Source of the DNA: Eledone cirrhosa
Taxonomy: Eukaryota
DNA: 64,000 nucleotides
NCBI GenBank assembly: GCA_964016885.1
Contig: OZ024742.1
Coordinates: 261,764,001 to 261,828,000, forward strand
Reading direction: 5' to 3'
A model generated the notes under the pieces. The model was not told where the DNA came from, did no database searches, and saw only the letters and a list, made by a program, of their open reading frames with translations. This document shows positions 54,097-64,000 of this stretch, piece after piece. Position 1 is the first letter of the stretch, and every line of letters starts with the position of its first letter. A program made the position numbers and the translations under genes.

Positions 54097-54446
54097 ATAT
54101 ATATGTATATATGTATATTATATATATATATTTATATATGTATGTATGTATATATATAGTATATATATATATATTTATATATGTATGTATATAAATATGT
54201 ATATATTATATATATTTATGTATGTATATATATATGTATATATAATTATATATGTATGTATATATATATGTATATATATATTTATATATGTATGTATATA
54301 TATATGTATATATATATTTATATATGTATGTATATATATATATTTATATATGTATGTATATATATATATGTATATATATATATATTTATATATGTATGTA
54401 TATATATATGTATATATATATATATATTTATATATGTATGTATATA

Positions 54447-54486
<40 letters not shown>

Positions 54487-54770
54487 TATGTATATATATA
54501 TATATTTATATATATATATATTTATATATGTATATATATATATATTTATATATATATATATTTATATATGTATATATATATATATTTATATTTATTTATA
54601 TATGTATGTATATATGTATATATATATATATTTATTTATATATGTATGTATATATATATGTATATATATATATATTTATATATGTATGTATATATATATG
54701 TATATATATATATATTTATATATGTATGTATATATATATATGTATATATATATATATTTATATATGTATG

Positions 54771-54803
<33 letters not shown>

Positions 54804-54926
54804 GTATGTATATATATATGTATATATATATATATTTATATATGTATGTATATATATATGTATATATATATATATTTATATATATATATATTTATATATG
54901 TATATATATATATATATTTATATATG

Positions 54927-54962
<36 letters not shown>

Positions 54963-55000
54963 TATATATGTATATATATATATATATTTATATATGTATG

Positions 55001-55032
<32 letters not shown>

Positions 55033-55367
55033 TATATATGTATGTATATATATATGTATATATATATTTATATATGTATGTATATATATATGTATATATA
55101 TATATTTATATACGTATGTATATATATATATATTTATATATGTATGTATATATATTTATATACGTATGTATATATATATATATTTATATATGTATGTATA
55201 TATATATATATATATTTGTATATATGTATATATATATATATTTGTATATATGTATATATATATATATTTGTATATATATATATATATATATTTGTATATA
55301 TATATATATATATATATTTGTATATATATATATATATATATTTGTATATATATACATATATATATTT

Positions 55368-55413
55368 CTAACCCTAACCCTAACCCTAACCCTAACCCTA
55401 ACCCTAACCCTAA
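55368..55413. repeat. Interstitial telomeric repeat (CCCTAA)7
   Basis: CTAA(CCCTAA)7 followed by the same GAGAGTGCCGTGTAG tag. Confidence 0.9.
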
Positions 55414-55714
55414 GAGAGTGCCGTGTAGTATATATATATATATGTATGTATGTATATTTATGTATGTATGTATATATATTTATGTATGTATGTATATATA
55501 TTTATGTATGTATATATATATGTATGTATATATATATGTATGTATATATATTTATGTATGTATATATATATGTATGTATATATATTTATGTATGTATATA
55601 TATTTATGTATGTATGTATATATATTTATGTATGTATGTATATATATTTATGTATGTATATATATTTATGTATGTATATATATTTATGTATGTATATATA
55701 TATATATATGTATG

Positions 55715-55748
<34 letters not shown>

Positions 55749-55750
55749 TG

Positions 55751-55809
<59 letters not shown>

Positions 55810-56106
55810 ATATATGTATGTATGTATATATATATATGTATGTATATATATATATATGTATGTATATATATATATATATGTATGTATATATATATATATG
55901 TATATATATATATTTATATATGTATATATATATATATTTATATATGTATATATATATATATTTATATATGTATATATATATATTTATATATGTATATATA
56001 TATATATTTATATATGTATATATATATATATTTATATATGTATGTATATATATATGTATATATATATGTATATATATATATATTTATATAGGTATGTATA
56101 TATATG

Positions 56107-56138
<32 letters not shown>

Positions 56139-56328
56139 TGTATATATATATGTATATATATATATATTTATATAGGTATGTATATATATGTATGTATGTA
56201 TATATATGTATGTATGTATATATATGTATGTATGTATATATATGTATGTATGTATATATATGTATATATGTATATATATATATGTATATATATATATTTA
56301 TGTATGTATATATATGTATGTATGTATG

Positions 56329-56360
<32 letters not shown>

Positions 56361-56985
56361 TATATATGTATGTATATATATATGTATATATGTATGTATA
56401 TATATATGTATATATATATATATTTATATATGTATGTATATATATATGTATATATGTATGTATATATATAAATATTTATATATGTATGTATATATATATG
56501 TATATATATATATATTTATATATGTATGTATATATATATGTATATATTTATATATGTATGTATATATATATGTATATATATATTTATATATGTATGTATA
56601 TATATATGTATATATATATTTATATATGTATGTATATATATATGTATATATATATATATTTATATATGTATGTATATATATATGTATATATATATATATT
56701 TATATATGTATGTATATATATATATGTATATATATATATATTTATATATGTATGTATATATATATGTATATATATATATATTTATATATGTATGTATATA
56801 TATATATGTATATATATATATATTTATATATGTATGTATATATATATGTATGTATATATATATGTATGTATATATATATTTATATATGTATATATATGTA
56901 TATATATATATATTTATATATGTATGTATATATATATGTATATATGTATGTATATATATATGTATATATGTATGTATATATATAA

Positions 56986-57045
<60 letters not shown>

Positions 57046-57362
57046 GTATGTATATATATATGTATATATATATATATTTATATATGTATATATATATATA
57101 TTTATATATGTATGTATATATATATGTATATATATATTTATATATGTATGTATATATATATATGTATATATATATATATTTATATATGTATGTATATATA
57201 TATGTATGTATATATATATGTATATATATATATATTTATATATATATATATTTATATATGTATATATATGTATATATATATATATTTATATATGTATATA
57301 TATGTATATATATATATATTTATATATATATGTATGTATATATACATGTATATATATATATG

Positions 57363-57395
<33 letters not shown>

Positions 57396-57484
57396 ATATA
57401 TGTATATATATGTATATATATGTATGTATATATATGTATATATATGTATGTATGTATGTATATATATATATATATGTATGTATG

Positions 57485-57534
<50 letters not shown>

Positions 57535-58068
57535 TATGTATGTATATATATGTATATATATGTATGTATATATATATATGTATGTATATATATGTATATG
57601 TATGTATGTATGTATGTATATATGTATGTATATATGTATGTATGTATATATGTATGTATGTATGTATATATATATGTATGTATATATATATATATGTATG
57701 TATATATGTATGTATGTATATGTATATATGTATGTATGTATATATATATGTATATATATATATGTATGTATATATGTATATATATATATGTATGTATATA
57801 TGTATATATGTATATATATATGTATATGTATATATATATATGTATATATATATGTATATATATATGTATATATATATATGTATATATATATATGTATATA
57901 TATATATGTATATATATATATATGTATATATATATGTATATATATATATATGTATATATATATATGTATATATATATATGTATATATATATATGTATATA
58001 TATATATATGTATATATATATATGTATATATATATATGTATATATGTATATATATATATGTATATATG

Positions 58069-58155
<87 letters not shown>

Positions 58156-58176
58156 GTATATGTATATGTATATATG

Positions 58177-58207
<31 letters not shown>

Positions 58208-58556
58208 GTATATATATATGTATATATATATATGTATATATATATATGTGTATATATATGTGTATATATATGTGTATATATATGTGTATATATATATGTG
58301 TATATATATATGTGTATATATATATGTGTATATATATATATGTGTATATATATATATGTGTATATATATATATGTATATATATATGTATATATATATGTG
58401 TATATATATATATGTATATATATATGTATATATATATGTATATATATATATATGTATATATGTATATATATATATGTATATATGTATATATATATGTATA
58501 TATATATATGTATATATATATATGTATATATATATATGTATATATATATATGTATG

Positions 58557-58624
<68 letters not shown>

Positions 58625-58762
58625 TGTATGTATATATATAAGTATGTATATATATGTATGTATGTATATATATGTGTATGTATGTATATGTATGTATGTA
58701 TATATATGTATGTATATGTATGTATGTATATATATATATATATATGTATGTATATATATATG

Positions 58763-58843
<81 letters not shown>

Positions 58844-58868
58844 GAATGTATATATATATATGCCACTT

Positions 58869-59108
<240 letters not shown>

Positions 59109-59134
59109 GTATATATATATGTATATATATATAT

Positions 59135-59180
<46 letters not shown>

Positions 59181-59224
59181 GTATATATATATATATATGT
59201 ATATATATATGTATATATATATAT

Positions 59225-59282
<58 letters not shown>

Positions 59283-59331
59283 GTATATGTATATATATAT
59301 ATGTATATGTATATATATATATGTATATATG

Positions 59332-59383
<52 letters not shown>

Positions 59384-59543
59384 TGTATATATATGTATAT
59401 ATATATATATGTATATATGTATGTATATATATATATATGTATGTATATATATATATATGTATATATATATGTATATATGTATGTATATATATATATATGT
59501 ATGTATATATATATATATGTATATATATATGTATATATATATG

Positions 59544-59648
<105 letters not shown>

Positions 59649-59653
59649 GTATG

Positions 59654-59684
<31 letters not shown>

Positions 59685-59685
59685 G

Positions 59686-59745
<60 letters not shown>

Positions 59746-60227
59746 TATGTATGTATATATATGTATATATATGTATATATATGTATGTATGTGTGTAGAT
59801 ATATATGTCAAAACCTGTCAAAGGGCAAAGGAGCTCTTAAGAGTCAATGGCCATCCAAAATCACCGGGAGAGATGACCCCTTAGCCTTTGTCCAGGCAGA
59901 ATTCTAGGAGAAGGAAAACTCTGATATAACACCTGCAACTCTCATGGTATCCAATGATGTTAACTTGTTCTTCTTTTTGGTAAATATCATCTTGATTAAG
60001 AGAGTGGGACTGGCTTTGTGCAGTACTTTTGCTCACTATAAAAGCTTCACGGCACAGGCATTGCTTTATATCTGGAGATCTCTCTGCACTTGTCGTCACA
60101 TGGTACCATGGGCCCAGCACTATGTGTCAAATAGTACCATGGGCCCAGCACTATGTGTCAATAATTGTCACAAGTGTAGTGTTTGTACCAGTTTTCAAGT
60201 CGCTGGCTGGACTAAAAAGTCACACTA

Positions 60228-60304
60228 GTTCAGTGCATCGGTAGGGGTTCTCCTACATGGATATAAAGTAGTGGACGTACTCGAAAACGAGTTGGCAGCC
60301 ACCA
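60228..60304. repeat. 77-bp direct repeat, copy 2
   Basis: 73/77 identical to 58869-58945; also followed immediately by TA repeats. Confidence 0.9.
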
Positions 60305-61081
60305 TATATATTTGTATGTATGTATGTATGTATGTATGTGTGTATGTATGTGTGTGTATATATATATATATGTATGTATATATATATGTATGTGTATGTG
60401 TGCGCGCGCGCAGTAATAAGACCTAGGGTACAAGACGGAATTTCTGACTGAGATCATGGTTTTATTATTTATTGTTAATGCTCTGTGATCTTATACTCGT
60501 ACGATATTTTGGATTGATTTCTCCTGTGGATAACTTCCTGGTCGGATCGGTTCGTTCTATTTGCGGATTGTAGAAACACATTGAGCATATATCAACCAAG
60601 TTTGATCTCAATTTATTTCTCGTGTGTGTATGTGTAAATATATAATGGAAGATTTAAATTAATAAAGATTTTGTCCCCTCCGCACACGTTATTTGATTTC
60701 TATGATATTAATGCACACGCCCTCTTATAAACACACACACACACATGAAATGCACTATGAAACCAAAATAATAATTTTGCTTCTCAAAATTTCACTCAAA
60801 TTTTATCATTTAATGCTTTTGTGTATATAAATTATATTAAGTTATAGTTTTTCATTATAAAATTTCCACTAAAATAACAATTTATATCCTTCACTCTTAC
60901 ATTTCCTAACAGTTCTCCCTAATTGCTAACAGGTTAAGACATGAATTTCATGATTTCGATTTCCTGTTCTTTAAAAATCTCAATTTTTATTCCTAAATGT
61001 ATTTGTATTTTTTATTTTTAGTAAATTGTGAAATTTCTGTTCCAATCAGTATTTTGTTCCTTTTTTTTTTTTTTTTTACAG

Positions 61082-61122
61082 AAAACTGTTTGTTGGCGGA
61101 TTAAGTTGGGAGACAACTGCCA
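61082..61122 (+). CDS. sqd: Squid/hnRNP A/B/D-like protein, exon 2 (RRM1 RNP-2); gene continues beyond the window
   Basis: Poly-T plus ACAG acceptor, GTAAGT donor; reads (R)KLFVGGLSWETTA, the RNP-2 region of squid/hnRNP A/B/D-family RRM1. Confidence 0.9.
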
Positions 61123-61355
61123 GTAAGTAATGTTATATTATATATATACACCTGACACACTTTCGTGTGTGTGTATTTGCACACACACACACACACACAC
61201 ACAGCTATAAATAACTGCACAAACACTGATGACTATATTAAGTATATGATATGCATAGACATTTATGAATAATATGCATAGACATTTATGTATAATAATA
61301 ATAATTGTTTCTACTTTAGGCATTTCTACTGCTAAACCTCATACACACACATATA

Positions 61356-61430
61356 CAGGGTGTCCCCCAAAAATATATACACATTTCAACATCATTCTAA
61401 TAGATATATGTATATTTTGGAGGGACACTG
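61356..61430. mobile_element. Tiny Tc1/mariner-type MITE
   Basis: TA|CAGGGTGTCCCCCAAAAATATATAC ... GTATATTTTGGAGGGACACTG|TA; imperfect TIRs with TA duplication. Confidence 0.65.
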
Positions 61431-61454
61431 TATGTATGTGTGTGTGTGTGTGTG

Positions 61455-61503
<49 letters not shown>

Positions 61504-62226
61504 CCTTATTTCTCTCTCACTTCTCCTACCCCTATTATCGAGCTGCCGGTATTCTTTTAAACATAATTTATTCGCTTGTCTTTTTTCTTGCAATTGTCCA
61601 TTACCAGGGTTCATTTCTTTCTAAAAGACGACATTGAGTCGATCTCTATCCATTGCACTATATCACTTGTGAGCAGCAAGAATCGTTCTACTATAGTAGT
61701 ACTTCTATTACTACTATTAGTAGTAGTTGTAGAAGCATTAATACCAGCAGCGGAGATGGTTGTGGTTCTAGTTAATGGTTGTAGTAGTAATTTTCTTCCG
61801 CTTATCCACAAAAGGTTGTGCGCTATTTACAATATTGTATGCATGTGTTTGCGTGTAAAATTAGTGAGATCTGATATTTATAATTTCTTAGATGTTGGTA
61901 TATTACACAAGAAAAGTTATATTTTGGCAATGGCTAATGTCTTTTCCTCTTACTGCGTGGCGAGAACCTGAGAAATCGTAATTGTAAGAACATAGTCGCA
62001 CGCCGCCTGATCATATAAGCTGTGCACTTCTACGGCAATAGACGTACACCCATATAGTTGTGTGTGTATACACTATGAAGGGGTTGTTGATTAGATGCAG
62101 TCGTTTTGGGTGTTCGTGCTTGATACGTACTAAAATAATTATACACGCTCGCAAACTCACATTTTTAATGTTTTAATGATGCTCTTGTATATATATGTGT
62201 ATATATATATATATACACTTGTATAG

Positions 62227-62331
<105 letters not shown>

Positions 62332-62678
62332 CGGTGCTGTCGTATTTGCATAGAGTTATATAGTTGCTCACATTCACAACAACGCTGTCGTATACGTGTT
62401 AGCAGTGGTGGTGGTAGTACTAATAGCAGCTTCTACACAGATTCTAGTCACACACTCCTTCAAAGATTATAATAAAATAGTGAGCCAACTTAGCTCTCCA
62501 CCCCCACACTTGTCTTTTCATGCTTTACAGCTACTCTACCACCATTTTACATCATCAGAGTTTAAATTCATACTATCATTACTGCTTATTGTCGGTTTTA
62601 CCAATGCAGCTGTTCAGTCAGTCTGCATTGTTGCAGCTGTACTGTGACTAGATTCAATTCTATGACGGTGATACTGAT

Positions 62679-62711
<33 letters not shown>

Positions 62712-64000
62712 GTTGGTAGAAGAAATGAATAAAACTAGGCTGTTTATTAGCCAACTAGACGCATTCCATATAATCGTGTATTGAATACTCTTATGAACAA
62801 TAGAATATACATTCTATGTATGCAATTCAACCGTGATGGCATATTATGTATCTCTACTGCATCTCTGGGTTCCTTCCTCCATAGTGCCTATGGTTTGCAC
62901 CTCATTAATAACACATCCTAACCTGATTTTGTTGTTTGAAATAAAATCTTCTTTGTTTCTTATAGTGATTGTTTTAATGTATGGCACGTGTTATTTCCCC
63001 CGATCACGGGGATAATGGGTATCAATCGTTCGTACATCTCTTTAAAAGGAAGACATTTTGCAATCGGTAAAGAGCATTTTTTTAATCGGCATTTGGTTAT
63101 TTAATCTTAACTTACCTAAAAAATTAACCGTAATATATTGGATCACTTCAAACAGTTCCCAACACATAACTGTCGCCGTGTAAAATTGTTTTATCATTAT
63201 TATTGACCCATTGGCGTTTGGCATCTACATCTATCTGTCTCATTAACAAAAAAGAAAGGAGAAAAAAAAAAGAACACCAAGAATGCCTTAATCAGCACAT
63301 ACATGTATAATAAGAGGAAAAAAAACTGATTTTGTGCATGGATTAAGGTAGAAATCAATTGTAGATTATTGACTTCAAATTTTAGTCTGCCTGCAAAACT
63401 GTGCCAAGCTAAAATCAAACCAATGAAATGAAAATTCTATTTTTAAAATAATGAACAAAGAAAGCCTGGCTTTAGTTAAATGTTATATTTATTAATTTTA
63501 GGCAATTGTAGTTTAAAAATAAATTGTAGAGTAATCTGCTGTCTAAAAAAATCTGTTAAATTGTGTGATAGCTGGAAAGGCGATAAACAGGCAGTAAAAA
63601 AAGGCGGTGTATAAAAATAGCTTTTCAGTGTTAATACTGGAGTATATATATCATGAACATCCTCGTTTAACACTCCTTCCTTTCTCTTGTGGTTTTCTTT
63701 CCGTCTATGTTACGCTTCTTTCTCATCTCGGTGTTTGTTGATTATTGTTACTTTTTCTTTCTATTTGCCCTTAAATAAATTATACTCTTCACTTCTCTTT
63801 TCAATTTTGTTTTCAATATTTTTGTGAACCTCATCCGTCTCTCCCCACACACATTGCTGGGTGACTGCATTATTAGATGATACCACATTTTACACACGCA
63901 CACATGTATTCCTCTTGTCAGAGCTAGTTTCACCTGGGAGTAGTTCTGCTGCAATCGTGTGTGCGTTTCACTTCCGTCTGTTGTGTAATCCTATCTTATT

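Noticed and set aside
61925-62015. Possible intronic snoRNA (two CTGA boxes, GCGTGGCGA/TCGCACGC stem)
   Set aside because: No convincing C box and no recognisable guide; cannot be supported without a search.

Overview
Eukaryotic, AT-rich, repeat-dense animal DNA; the SINE/RTE-LINE repertoire, TTAGGG repeats and very long (TA)n tracts suggest an octopus or other coleoid cephalopod (inference). No prokaryotic features. Two spliced + strand genes can be built by hand. (1) The last five coding exons of the RING-H2 E3 ligase RNF181 (3408-8112, poly(A) signals at 8143 and 8152). (2) The first two coding exons of a squid/hnRNP A/B/D-type RRM protein (40173-40339 and 61082-61122), separated by a ~20.7 kb intron holding a 200-N gap and ~12.6 kb of (TA)n-type sequence. 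Between the genes are degraded RTE, CR1-type, Tx1/L1-type, CRE and Penelope-like retroelements, a full-length dead Hsmar2-like mariner, TTAA-type MITEs, tRNA-derived SINEs and three minisatellites (48, 39 and 32 bp units). Nearly all long ORFs in the supplied track are repeat artefacts. I found no clearly new biological system. The best leads are a candidate type I hammerhead ribozyme antisense in the hnRNP intron, a near-perfect 53-bp hairpin, a minisatellite derived from a LINE 3' UTR, a satellite with 13/39/3568-bp hierarchy, and a twice-present structured 77-bp element abutting TA tracts.
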